The notes under the pieces: model-generated
Told to the model about the DNA's origin: nothing
Databases searched by the model: none
The model's input: the letters and a program-made list of their open reading frames with translations, nothing else
Made by a program: the position numbers and the translations under genes
Part shown: positions 1 to 64,000 of the stretch, one piece after another
Layout of the letters: each line of letters begins with the position of its first letter
Numbering within the stretch: the stretch's first letter is position 1
Assembly (NCBI RefSeq): GCF_044704955.1
Contig: NC_091995.1
Span: 53,258,001-53,322,000 of the forward strand
Origin: Pristiophorus japonicus
Taxonomy: Eukaryota
Length of the DNA: 64,000 nucleotides
Reading direction: 5' to 3'

Positions 1-79
1 GGAGCAAAGGAGGGTAAATGACCCCCTCCTGTTCCTACGTTCCGATCAGTGTGCTAAGAGGCCCTCTGGTCTCTGTATG

Positions 80-195
80 GTGTCAAAATTGTTCGCTACT
101 CCAGGATCATTTTGGAACGGCAAGATAACGTTTGGCTTCTCTTCTCCACCATCTTAAACCTCTGTCCCCTGTCTCCAGCCTCACCTCCAACAACA
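80..195 (+). mobile_element. L2-clade LINE, segment upstream of the RTE insertion
   Basis: The sequence ...ctactccaggatcattttggaa...cttaaacctctgtcccctgtctccagcctcacctccaacaaca is colinear with the reverse complement of the L2 copy at ~6060-6190 and continues at 1294. The 5' boundary is approximate. Confidence 0.65.
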
Positions 196-201
196 CCAAA
201 G

Positions 202-1293
202 TCTTCTTCTTCTTAGGCAGTCCCTCGGAGTCGAGGATGACTTGCTTCTACACTAACATGAGTTCTAAGGTGACTGAAGTGTCCAATGCGGGATCTACAG
301 TCTTTCACAGGTGGGGCAAACGGTGGTTGGAGGGACGGGTGGGTGGGATACTTGGACTGTCGTCTGCTCCTTCCGCTGTTTGTGCTTGGCGTCTGCGTGC
401 TCCCGGCGATGAGACTCGAAGTGTTCGGCGCCTTCTCAAATGCTCCTCCTCCACTTTGGGCAGTCTTGGGCCAGGGATGTTGCATTATTTCAAGGAGGCT
501 TTGAGGGTGTCCTTGAAGCGTTTTCTCTGCCCTCCGGGGGCTCGCCTGCCGTGACATCGCTCGTAGTGGAGTGCCTGTTTCGGGAGTCTCGTATCAGGCA
601 TGCGGACAATGTGACCCGCCCATCGGAGCTGGCTGAGTGTGGTCAGTGCTTCGACGCTGGGGATGTTGGCCTGAGAGAGAACGCTGATGTTGGTGCACCT
701 ATCCTGCCAATGGGTTTGTAGGATCTTGCGGAGGCAGCGTTGGTGGTACTTCTCCAGTGCTTTCAGGTGCCTGCTGTACATAGTCCATGTCTCTGACGCA
801 TATAGGAGGGCGAGTATCACTACTGCTCTGTAGACCATGAGCTTGGTGCTGGGTTTGAGGTCCTGGTCTTCGAACACTCTCTTCCTCAGGTGACCAAAGG
901 CTGCACTGGCACACTGAAGGCGGTGCTGAAATCGATATCTGCCCTTGCTGACAGTAGGCGCCCGAGGTATGGGAAATGGTCCACATTGCCAAGGTCTCGT
1001 CATGGATCTTGATAATTGGGAGGTAGTGCTGTGTGGCAGGGGTAGGTTGGTAAAGGACCTTTGTCTTACTGATGTTTAATGTAAGACCCAGACTCTTGTA
1101 CGCTTTAGTGAAGGTGTCAGCGATGGTTTGGAGTTCGGACTCCGAGTGTGCACAAACGCAAACATCTGCATATTGTAAATTAATGACAGCGATTGGAGCA
1201 ACCTTGGATCTGGACTGGAGGCGTCGGAGGTTGAACAATTTACCGCTTGTCCTGTAGATTGACTCCACTCCAGCGGGGAGCTTGTTAAAGGTG
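202..1293 (-). mobile_element. RTE-clade LINE, 5'-truncated and degenerate (C-terminal RT region plus 3' UTR and (AAG)n tail)
   Basis: Minus-strand ORF fragments read GKLFNLRRLQSRSK..LQYAD, GLTLNISKTKVL, TKLMVYRAVVILALLYASETW, QLRWAGHIVRMPDTRLPKQALH and GGQRKRFKDTLKASLK, all typical of RTE ORFs. A tcttcttcttctt tail lies at 202-214, and TCCAACAACA direct repeats flank the element at 186-195 and 1294-1303. Confidence 0.9.
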
Positions 1294-3149
1294 TCCAACA
1301 ACAAGTGAGAGGAGCTCATGGACCTTTTTGTCACTAAGATTGAGACTATCCGATCAGCTGCTTTTGCTGTTTCTTCCCTTCCTTCTCCTCGCCTACCTGG
1401 CCAAACTTCCTGTAAGGTTCCCCCCTCCCCCGCCCGCCCAGCCCTGAACTTGCATCTTTCTCCAATTTCTCTCCTACCTTCCCTCATGACCTTTCCGAGC
1501 TCATCCTGTCCATGAGATCCACTTCCTGCTCCCTTGACCCTATACCCACTAATCTGCTGACCACCCAACGTCCTTTTCTGGCTCTCATGTTAGCCGACAT
1601 TGTTAACGGTCCTCTCTCCTCAGGTACTGTCCCCTCCCTTCAAATCTGCCGTCATCAACCCTCTCCTCAAAACAAAATACACTTGATCCCACTGTGCTTG
1701 CAAACCACCCCATCTCCAACCTCCCTTTCCTCGCCAATGTCCTTGGACGTGTTGTCGCCTCCCAAATCCGTGCCCGTCTTTCCCGGAACTCCATGTTTGA
1801 ATCCCTTCAATCTGGTTTCTGCCCCTGCCACAGTCCCGAAACAGCTCTCATCAAAGTCACAACTGACATCCTGTGTGACCATGGTAAACTATCCCTCCTC
1901 GTCCTTCTGGACCTGTCTGCAGCCTTTGACATAGTTGGCCACTTCATCCTCCTCCAACGCCTCTCCACCGTCGTCCAGCTGGGTGGGACTGCACTCGCCT
2001 GGTTCCATTCTTATCTCTCTAATCGTAGCCAGAAAATCTCCTGCAACAGCTTCTCTTCCTGCACCCGCATTATTACCTCTGATGTCCCCCTAAGGATCTA
2101 TACTTGGCCTCGTCCTATTTCTCATCTACATGTTGCCCCTTGGCGATATCATTCAAAAACATGGCGTCAGTTTCCACATTACGCTGATGACACCTAGCTC
2201 TACCTCACTACCACTTCTCTTGACCCCTCCACGGTCTCTAAATTGTCAGACTGTTTGTCCAACATCCAGTACTGGATAAGCAGAAATTTTCTCTAGCTAA
2301 ATATTGAGAAAAACAAATCCATTTTTTCGGTCCCCGCCACAACCTCCATTCCCTAGCCACCAACTCCATCCCTCTCCCTGGGCACTCACTGTCTGAAGCT
2401 GAACCAGACTATTCGCAACATTGGTGTCATATTTGACCCTGAAATGAAATTTTGACCACATATCCACGATATAACAAAGACCGCCTATTTCCACCTGCGT
2501 AACATCGCCCGTCTCCGATCTTGCCTCAGCTCATCCACTGCTGAAACCCTCATCCGTGCCTTTGTTACCTCTAGACTTGACTACTCCAATGCACTCCTGG
2601 CTGGCCTCTCACATTCTACCCCATGTAAACTAGAGGTGATCCAAAACTCGGCAGCCCGTGTCCTAACTTGCACCAAGTCCCGCTCACCCATCACCCCCTG
2701 TGCTCTACATTGGCTCCCAGTTAAGCAATGCTTCGATTTCAAAATTCTCATCCTTGTTTTCAAATCCCTCCATGGCCTCGCCCCTCTCTATCTCTGTAAT
2801 CTCCTCCAGCCCCACAACTGCACCCCGCCTCCCCTTTCTCCGAGATCTCTGCACTCCTTAAATTCTGGCCTCCTGATCATCCCTGGTTATAATCGCTCCA
2901 CCATTGGTGGCCGTGCCTTCTGTTGCCTGGGCCAAGCTCTGGAAATCCCTGCATAAACCTCTCCGCCTCTCAACCTCGCTTTCCTCCTTTTAGACGTTCC
3001 TGAAAACCTGCCTCTTCAACCAAGCTTTTGGTCACCTGTGCTAATATCACCTTATGTGGCTCGGTGCCAAATTCTGTTTGCAAACATTCCTGTGACGCAC
3101 CTTGAGATGTTTTAAGATGTCAAAGGTGCTATATCAGTACAAGTTGTTG
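1294..3149 (+). mobile_element. L2-clade LINE, degenerate ORF2 (RT) and 3' end
   Basis: Fragments SCSLDPIPT, PISNLPFLANVLGRVVASQI, LQSGFCPCHSPETAL, LVLLDLSAAFD, YADDT and IQNSAARVLT..ITP..LHWLPV are present with frameshifts and stops. It ends in the L2-type tail aaaggtgctatatcagtacaagttgttg. Confidence 0.9.
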
Positions 3150-3152
3150 AAA

Positions 3153-3417
3153 GTGAGGGGGAGGGCAGATGGGGAGGGGAGACAGAGGGGGAGGGGCACA
3201 CGGGAGGGCAGAGAGAGAGTGAGTGGGGGAAGAGAGAGGGGGGGAGGGAGAGGGGGAAGGGAGGGGGGAGAGAGGGGGAGGGAAGAGAGGGAGGGGGTGA
3301 GGAGAATGAGGGGGAGGGGAGCGAGGGGGGAGGGGAGACAGGGGGAGGAGAGGATGGGGAGGGGGGAGGGAAGGGGGGAGATGAGAGAGGAGGAGGGTAG
3401 CAACAGGGGAGTGGAAG
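3153..3417 (+). repeat. GA-rich polypurine low-complexity tract
   Basis: Almost entirely G and A (gggagagagggggaggg...), lying between the L2 tail and the CR1. Confidence 0.9.
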
Positions 3418-4569
3418 AGGTGCCACGTAAAAGGTTACTGCACAAGATAAAAGTTCACGGGGTTGGGGGTAATATATTAGCATGGATAGGGGATTGGCTA
3501 ACTAACAGAAAACAGAGTCGGGATAAATGGGTCATTTTCCGGTTGGCAAACGGTAACTAGTGGGGTGCCGCAGGGATCGGTGCTGGGGCCTTGACTATTT
3601 ACAATCTATATTAATGACTTGGATGTAGCCAAGTTTGCTGATGATACAAAGATGGGTGGGTAACCAAGTTGTGAAGAGGACATAAGACATTTGCAAAGGG
3701 ATATATGCAGGATAATTGAGTGGGCAAACATTTGGCAGATGGGGTATAATGTGGGAAAATGTGAGGTTATCAACTTTGGCAGGAAAAATAAGAAAGCAAA
3801 TTATTATTTAAATGTGGAGAAATTGCAAAGTGCTGCAGTACAGAGGGACCTGGGGGTCCTTGTGCATGAAACACATAAAGTTAGTATGCAGGTACAGCAA
3901 GTAATCAGGAAGGCAAATGGAATGTTGGCCTTTATTGCAAGGGGGATGGAGTATAAAAGCAGAGAAGTCCTGCTGCAACTGTACAGGGTATTGGTGAGGC
4001 CACACCTGGAGTACTGTGTGCAGTTTTGGTCTTCTTATTTAAGGAGGGATGTACTTGCTTTGGATGCTGTTCAGAGAAGGTTCACTTGGTTGATTCCTGA
4101 GATGAGGGGGTTGACTTATGAGGAAAGGTTGAGTAGGTTGGGCCTATACACATTGGAGTTCAGAGGAATGAGAGGTGATCTTATTGAAACATATAAGATA
4201 CTGAGGGGGGGCTTGACAAGGTGGATGCAGAGAGGATATTTCCACTTATAGGGGAAACTAAAACTAGGGGGCATAGTCTCAGAATAAGGGACCGCCCATT
4301 TAAAACTGAGATGAGGAGGAATTTCTTATCTCAGAGGGTTGTAAATCTGTGGAATTCTCTGCCCCAAAGAGCTGTGGAGGCTGGGTCATTGAATATATTT
4401 AAGGTGGAGATAGACAAATATTTGAGCGATAAGGGAGTCAAGGGTTATGGGGAGCGGGCAGGGAAGTGGAGTTGAGTCCATGGTCAGATCAGCCATGATC
4501 TTATTAAATAGCGGAGCAGGCTTGAGGGACCAAATGGCCTACTCCTGCTCCTATTTCTTATGGTCTTAT
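3418..4569 (+). mobile_element. CR1-clade LINE, 5'-truncated and degenerate
   Basis: Fragments [60 protein letters not shown] and [17 protein letters not shown] are present. The 3' end is aaatggcctactcctgctcctatttcttatggtcttat. Confidence 0.92.
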
Positions 4570-4570
4570 A

Positions 4571-4741
4571 TATCTAATCCATGCTGTACCTACCCTGGGA
4601 GTGTTTGATGGGACAGTGTAGAGGGAACTTTACTCTGTATCTAACCCCGTGCTGTACCTGCGCTGGGATTGTTTGATGGGACATTGTAGAGGGAACTTTA
4701 CTCTGTATCTAACCCGTGCTGTACCTGCCCTGGGAGTGTTT
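4571..4741 (+). repeat. 67-68 bp minisatellite, ~2.5 copies
   Basis: The unit TATCTAACCCGTGCTGTACCTGCCCTGGGAGTGTTTGATGGGACAGTGTAGAGGGAACTTTACTCTG starts at 4571, 4638 and 4706. I recall it as a repeat dispersed in shark genomes (not searched). Confidence 0.9.
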
Positions 4742-4830
4742 AGACCCTGCTCTTTGAGGTGAATAGTAGCGTCATGATGCAGTGGGACTAAATCGATTCA
4801 ATATGTTTATAAACTTACTAACACAACAGG

Positions 4831-5095
4831 AACAGCAACTTGCATTTATAAAGTGTCTTTAACATAGTAAAGCATACCAAAGCACTTGTCAGGAGGTACA
4901 ATTAACAACAAGCCACAGAAGGAGATATGAGGAAAAGTGACCAAAAGTTTGCTCTGTGGTAGATGTTAAGGAGTGTCTTAAAGGAGGAGAGAGGCGGAGA
5001 GGTTTAGGAAGGCACGGCCGCCAATGGCAGAGTGATGAAGATCGGGGATACTCAATAGGCCACACTTGGAGGACGCAGAGATTTCGAAGGGTTGC
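4831..5095 (-). mobile_element. L2 LINE 3'-end fragment
   Basis: aacagcaacttgcatttataaagtgtctttaac...gtgaccaaaagtttg...gaggcggagaggttta...gaaggcacggccgccaatgg is the reverse complement of the L2 3' region at ~2895-3149. Confidence 0.8.
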
Positions 5096-5184
5096 AGTCT
5101 ATGTTCCCTCTCATTATGTGCAGGGTCCCTTTAAGTGGCTGCACGGCCCGTGTGGATTATGCTTTATTGCACCGGTTTTGGTAC

Positions 5185-5425
5185 AACTAAGTAGCTTGCT
5201 GGGCCATTTCAGGAGGCAGTTAGGAGTCAGCCATATTGCTGTGGGTTGGAAGTCACATATAGGCCAGACCGGGTAAGGACAGCAGATTTCCCCTTCCCTA
5301 AAGGACATTAGCGAACTAGATGGGTTTTTATGACAATCCAGTAGCTTTATGGTCAACGTTACTGATACTAGCTATTTATTAAATTGAATTTAAGTTCTCC
5401 AGCTGCCATAGTGGGATTTGAACTC
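5185..5425 (-). mobile_element. tRNA-derived SINE fragment
   Basis: A Pol III B-box-like GAGTTCAAATCCCAC lies on the minus strand (5411-5425). It is followed by a body (aaaaacccatctagttcgctaatgtcctttagggaagg...gtccttacccggtctggccta) that I recognise from fish and shark SINEs. Family not assigned. Confidence 0.7.
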
Positions 5426-5477
5426 AGTCGGCAGATCATTGGAAAGATGGCGCCTTTCACAACCACTATACGTTTCA

Positions 5478-5803
5478 CAGCGCTTTACAGCCAATGAAGT
5501 ACTTTTGGAGTGTAGTCACTGTTGTAATGTGGGAAATGCAGCAGCCAATTTGCACACAGCAAGCTCCCACAAACAGCAATGTGATAATGACCAGATAATC
5601 TGTTTTTGTTATGTTGATTGAGGGATGAATATTGGCCAGGACACCGGGGATAACTCCCCTGCTCTTCTTCGAAATAGTGCCGTGGGATCTTTTACGTCCA
5701 CCTGAGAAAGCAGACGGGCCCCCGGTTTAACGTATCACCTGAACGACGACACCTCTGACAGTGCAGCACTCCCTCAGCACTGCACTGGGAGTGTCAGCCT
5801 AGA
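5478..5803 (-). mobile_element. DeuSINE (SacSINE1/AmnSINE1-like Deu domain), partial
   Basis: The minus strand reads gggagtgctgcactgtcagaggtgtcg...cgttaaaccggggg...ctcaggtggacgtaaaagatcccacggcactatttcgaagaagagcaggggagttatccccggtgtcctggccaatatt, matching the Deu core as I recall it. The tRNA head is missing. Confidence 0.8.
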
Positions 5804-5859
5804 CAGTTGGGATATGAGCAGCAGAGCTTTGGATCAGGGAGTGTGGAAGATAGGGGACT

Positions 5860-6517
5860 GGCCAGGAGAGCATTGAAATAGTCAAATGTAGAGGTAACAA
5901 ATGCATAGATGAGTGTTTCAGCAGCAGATAGGCTGAGGCAGGGGTGGACTGGGGCTAGGTTAGATGGGAAGCTTAGAGGAAATCTGGTTCAATGGGCTAG
6001 GGTGGGAGGGAGGGAAGTGGCAGAGGCAGCTGAACGGGTGGTCTCAATCTTAGTGACCGAGGCCTATGAGCTTCTTCCACTTGTTGGAGGTGAGTGTGGA
6101 GGAGACAGGGGAGAGAGGTTTAACAAGATGGTCTGTAGTAGAGAAGAGAAGCCGGGGGTTATACTTACATTCCAGGATGCTATTGGAATAATGAGCATTC
6201 TTCCCAGACGAGAGCAGGATCTGATAGTGCTTTATGTGGTCCAGCCAGATCTGGCAGTGAATGGCTAAATGAGTTGTCCGCCTTATCCGTTCAAGTCCCT
6301 TGGACTTAAAGGAGCAAAGATCAGGGCTGTAACAGGGGGAAGAGCCAGGGTGAGAGAGAGTAATTGTTTTAACAGGGACTAGAGCATCAATGCTGGTGGT
6401 GAGTGTGTGATTGAGCAGGTCGATGGCTGCAGAGATGTCATGGTGATTGAAGGGCCAAACGCTGGACAGTTGGGAGTTGATATGTGCAGTTGTAAGAGAG
6501 TCGGGAGAGAGTTTTTT
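5860..6517 (-). mobile_element. L2 LINE fragments, internally deleted
   Basis: 5860-5950 is the reverse complement of ~2515-2605. ~5965-6190 is the reverse complement of 100-195 joined to 1304-1420. The sequence then continues into upstream L2 ORF2. Confidence 0.75.
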
Positions 6518-7154
6518 CCCTCCCTCTCTCTCCCTCTCCCCTTCCTGCTCTCTTTCTTTCCCTCACCCTCTTTTCCCTCTCTCTTCCCTTTCCCTCCCCT
6601 TCTCTCCCCCTTCTCCTTCCCCCCTCTCTCCCCTTCACTTCCCTTCCTCACCCCCTCTCTTCCCTTCCCTCGTTTGCCTCCCTCCCCCTCCCGTTCCACC
6701 CTACCGCTCCCCTCCCTCCCCTTTTTCCCCCTCTCTCCCCTCCACCTCTCTCCCACCCCCTCTCTCCCACCCCCTCTCTCCCACCCCCTCTCTCCCACCC
6801 CCTCTCTCCCTCCCCCTCTCTCCCTCCCCCTCTCTCCCTCCCCTCTCTCCCTCCCCCTCTCTCCCTCCCCCTCTCTCCCACCCCCTCTCTCCCACCCCCT
6901 CTCTCCCACCCCCTCTCTCCCANNNNNNNNNNNNNNNNNNNNNNNNNNNNNNNNNNNNNNNNNNNNNNNNNNNNNNNNNNNNNNNNNNNNNNNNNNNNNN
7001 NNNNNNNNNNNNNNNNNNNNNNNNNNNNNNNNNNNNNNNNNNNNNNNNNNNNNNNNNNNNNNNNNNNNNNNNNNCAACCCCCCTCTTCCCCTTCCCCTCC
7101 CCCTCTCTTCCCTCCCCCTCTCTTCCCATTCCCTCTCTTCCCACTCCCTCTCTT
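6518..7154 (+). repeat. CT-rich polypyrimidine tract with a 14-bp CCCCCTCTCTCCCA sub-repeat, spanning an assembly gap
   Basis: Direct inspection. The tract ends 64 nt upstream of the alpha1 exon. Confidence 0.9.
6923..7074. other. Assembly gap (152 N)
   Basis: Run of N characters. Confidence 1.
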
Positions 7155-7218
7155 AGAGCTGAGGCAAGTCAGTGTTGTATGGTCTCATGCTGAAGTTGAG
7201 TTTTTGTGTGTTTGACAG

Positions 7219-7482
7219 AGTCACACTCTCTGATGTATTACTACACCTCCATGTCTGGCAGTGCGCACTTTCCTGAGTTTATTCACGTCGGGGTACTGGA
7301 TGGCGTGCAGATAACCTACTATGACAGCATCACTAGGAGAGATATTCCATGTCAGCCTTGGATGAACAGAGAATCGGACGGAGATTATTGGAACACAGAG
7401 ACACAGCGATTGATCGATCGACAGAAACTGTCGCTGGCCAATGTACGGATAGCAACACGGCGAACAAAAAGTAACGAGACAG
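7219..7482 (+). CDS. MHC class I heavy chain, alpha1-domain exon (exon 2; 264 bp, phase 1-1)
   Basis: Acceptor tttgacag| at 7218 and donor ACAG|gtgagc at 7483. Translation: (E)SHSLMYYYTSMSGSAHFPEFIHVGVLDGVQITYYDSITRRDIPCQPWMNRESDGDYWNTETQRLIDRQKLSLANVRIATRRTKSNET. It carries the class I hallmarks H3, Y7, D29, YDS, W51, Y59-W60, R84 and a terminal N-x-T sequon. Confidence 0.96.
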
Positions 7483-7706
7483 GTGAGCACACTCGTGTTA
7501 GGACTGCGACTCAAGTTCACCGGGGTGTGCAATGGTGAGCACACAAGCGTGTTCGGAGCGTGTCACCGGGGTGTGTTGTGAGCGCACACGCGTGTTAGGA
7601 GCGTGTCACTGGGGTGTGCAATGGTGAGCACACGCATGTCACCGGGGTGTGTAATGGTGAGCGCACGCGTGTTAGGAGCATGTTACCGGGGTGTGTAGTG
7701 GTAAGT
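7482..7706 (+). repeat. ~44-46 bp minisatellite, 5' block (about 5-6 units), starting at the exon 2 donor
   Basis: Unit GGTGAGCACACGCGTGTTAGGAGCGTGTCACCGGGGTGTGTAAT. GT donor-like motifs occur at 7483, 7535, 7578, 7624, 7657 and 7701. Confidence 0.9.
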
Positions 7707-7709
7707 GCA

Positions 7710-9530
7710 GACTATATAATCTTCTATATGTATGTAAAAAGAAAAAGGTTAGCAAAAGTAAACATGGGTCACTTACAGGCTGAGACAGGAGAAATTATAA
7801 TGGGGAATAAGGAAATGGCACAGAAATCAAACAAATGTTTTGTGTCTGTCTTCATAGAAGATGCAAAAAATCTCCTGTAAATAGTGGAGAACCAAGGGTC
7901 TAGCGAGAATGAGGAACTGAAAGAAATTAGTGTTAGTAAAAAATAGTACTGGAGAAATTAATGGGACTGAAAGCTGATAAATCCCCTGGACCTGATGGCC
8001 CACATCCTAGGGTTTTAAAAGAGGTGGCTGTAGAAATAGTGGATGCATTGGTTGTCATCTTCCAAAATTGCATAGATTCTAGAACGTTTCCCATGGATTA
8101 GAAGGTAGTTAATGTAACCCCGCTACTTTAGAAAGGAGTGAGAGAGAAAACGGGGAAACACAGATCAGTTAGCCTGACATCAATAATAGGGAAAATGCTA
8201 GAATCTATTATTAAGGATGTGTTAACAGGGTACTTAGAAAATAATAATACAATTAGGCAGAGTCAACACGGATTTCTGAAAGGGAAATCATGTTTGACAA
8301 ATCTGTTAGGTTTTTGTAACTAGCAGACTAGATAAGGGGAAACCAGTGGATGTGATGTATTTGGATTTTCAGAAGGCATTCGATAAGGTGCCACACAAGA
8401 GGTTATTGAATAAAATTAGGGCTCATGGGATTGGGGGATAATATACTAGCATGGATTGAGGATTAGTTAATGGACAGAAAACAGAGCGTAGGAATAAACG
8501 TGCCATTTTCAGGTTGGCAGACTGTAACTAGTGGGATGCTGCAGGGATCAATACTTGGGCCCCAGCTATTCACAATCTATATCAATGAGTGGGATGAGGG
8601 GCCCAAATATAATATATCCAAGTTTTGCTGATGTTACAAAGCTAGGTGGTAATGTAAGGTGTGGGGAAGATGCAAAGAGACTTCAAGGGGACATAGACAG
8701 GCTAAGTGAATGGGCAAGAACATGGCAAAGGGAATATAATGTGGAGAATTGTGAAGTTATACACTTTTGTAGGAAAGATAGAAAAAAAGAGTACAGTATT
8801 TTTTAAATGGTGAGAGATTGGGAAATGTTGGTGTTCAGAGGGACCTGGGTGTCCTTGTATATTACTGAAAGTTACCATGCAGTTACAGCAAGCAATTAAG
8901 AAAGAAAATGGTATGTTGGCCTTTATTACAAGAGGATTTTATTAAGAGTAAAGTCTTATTGCAGTTATATAGGGCCCTGGTGAGACCACACCTGGAGTAT
9001 TGTGTACAGTTTTGGTCTCCTTACCTAAGGAAGGATATACTTTCCATTGAGGGAGTGCAGCGAAGGTTCACCAGACTGATTCCTGGGATGGGGGGATTGT
9101 TCGAGGAGGAGAGATTGAACAGACTTGGCCTATATTCTCTCGAATTTAGAAGAATGAGAGGTGATCTCATTGCAACATACAACATTCTTACAGGGCTTGA
9201 CAGGGTAGACGCAGGGAGGATGTTTCCCCTGTCTGGGAGACTAGAACCAGGGGCACAACCTCAGAATAAGGGGTCGGCCATTTAGTACTCAGATGAGGAG
9301 AAACTTCTTCATTCAGAGGGTGATGAAACTTTGGAATTCTCTATCCCAGAGGGCTGTGGAGGCCCACACTTTCAAGACAGAGAGCGATAGATTTTTTGAA
9401 TATCAAGGGATATGGGTAGAGTGCAGGAAAGTGGAGTTGAGGGAGAAAATCAGCCATGATCTTATTGAATGGTGGAGCAGGTTCGAGGGGCCGAATGGCC
9501 GACTCCTGCTCCTAATTCTTAAGTTCTTAG
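7710..9530 (+). mobile_element. CR1-clade LINE, 5'-truncated and degenerate, inserted in the minisatellite
   Basis: Fragments KSPGPDG.HPRVLKE, VSLTSIIGKMLESIIKD, IRQSQHGFLKGKSCLTNLL, YLDFQKAFDKVPH and [19 protein letters not shown] occur with many frameshifts. The 3' end is gaatggccgactcctgctcctaattcttaagttctta. Confidence 0.92.
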
Positions 9531-10006
9531 GAGGTTCACTCGGGTGTGTAATGGTGTGCACACTCACCTGTTAGGAGCGTGTCACTGGGATGTCTAATGG
9601 TGAGCAAACATGCATGTTAGGAGCGTATCACTGGGACGTGTAATAGTGAGCACACGTGTGTTAGAAGCATGTCACCATGGTATGTCATGGTGAGCACACA
9701 CGTGTGTTAGGAGCATATCACTGGGATGTGTGATGATGAGCACACGCGTGTGATGAGCATATCACTGCTGTGTAATGGTGAGCACATGCGTGTTAGGAGT
9801 GTGTTACTGGGGTGTGTAATGGTGAGCACACATGTGTTAGGAGCGTGTCACCGGGGTGTGTAATGGTGAGTACACACGCGTGTTAGGAGAATGTCACTGG
9901 GGTGTGTAATGGTGAGCACACGTGTGTTAGGAGTGTGTCACTGGGTGTGCAATGGTGAGCACAGACATGTGTTAGGAGCGTGTCACCAGGGTATGTAATG
10001 GTGAGC
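9527..10006 (+). repeat. ~44-46 bp minisatellite, 3' block (about 11 units)
   Basis: Same unit as 7482-7706. The (G)GTGAG-type motif recurs near 9553, 9599, 9645, 9689, 9735, 9777, 9821, 9865, 9911, 9954 and 10000. Confidence 0.9.
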
Positions 10007-10060
10007 TTGGATTACTGGTGCTGGGGCTTTGACAGTTTCGATGATCCTTCCTGTGTCCAG

Positions 10061-64000
<53,940 letters not shown>

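Noticed and set aside
1-45. Possible CR1 3' tail remnant (aaatgaccccctcctgttcctacgttcc)
   Set aside because: It is too short and diverged, and is cut by the window edge, so it cannot be called with confidence.
5411-5425. tRNA gene suggested by the B-box
   Set aside because: There is no cloverleaf or intact A-box, and the motif belongs to a SINE head.
7157-7169. GAG|GCAAGT GC-type donor, suggesting a leader exon end or 7-nt microexon just before the alpha1 exon
   Set aside because: The implied intron would be only 55 nt. The phase-1 frame has TGA at 7160-7162, and a 7-nt microexon would shift the frame.
6379-7193. Leu/Pro/Ser-rich or Gly/Arg/Glu-rich ORFs as a signal-peptide exon or gene (likewise 3102-3560)
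   Set aside because: They are translations of CT or GA low-complexity tracts, L2 or CR1 remnants and N bases.
202-9530. Active or autonomous LINEs
   Set aside because: All copies are 5'-truncated and carry frameshifts or stops, and none has a complete endonuclease plus RT ORF.
7482-10006. CRISPR-like appearance of the 44-46 bp repeats and of the 67-bp repeats at 4571
   Set aside because: The units are contiguous tandem copies with no unique spacers, there are no cas genes, and the context is a vertebrate intron.

Overview
Eukaryotic genomic DNA, most likely from a cartilaginous fish (shark-type CR1, L2 and RTE LINEs, a Deu-domain SINE and a 67-bp minisatellite). The only host gene visible is part of an MHC class I heavy-chain gene on the + strand. 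It has an intact alpha1 exon (7219-7482) and an intact alpha2 exon (10061-10336), both with phase-1 AG/GT boundaries. The protein keeps 8 of the 9 invariant peptide-terminus-binding residues (position 123 is Leu), which fits the nonclassical chondrichthyan UDA lineage; this assignment is an inference and was not searched. The leader exon and the alpha3/TM/cytoplasmic exons are not in the window. The first 7 kb is nested retroelement debris with a 152-N gap. The intron between the two exons holds a ~44-46-bp minisatellite whose units repeat the exon's own 5' splice donor, split by a CR1. From 26 nt after the alpha2 exon to the window end (>53 kb) lies a purine-rich 7-bp satellite (ACAGGAG/ACAGGGG). 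It has one young CR1 insertion and higher-order periods of about 1.1, 1.2, 8.2, 4.7 and 2.4 kb. The giant ORFs in the track are artefacts of this satellite. The most unusual feature is the combination of an apparently intact class I gene with a >53-kb G-rich sense-strand satellite intron and a donor-decoy minisatellite. Sequence alone cannot show that this is a functional system.
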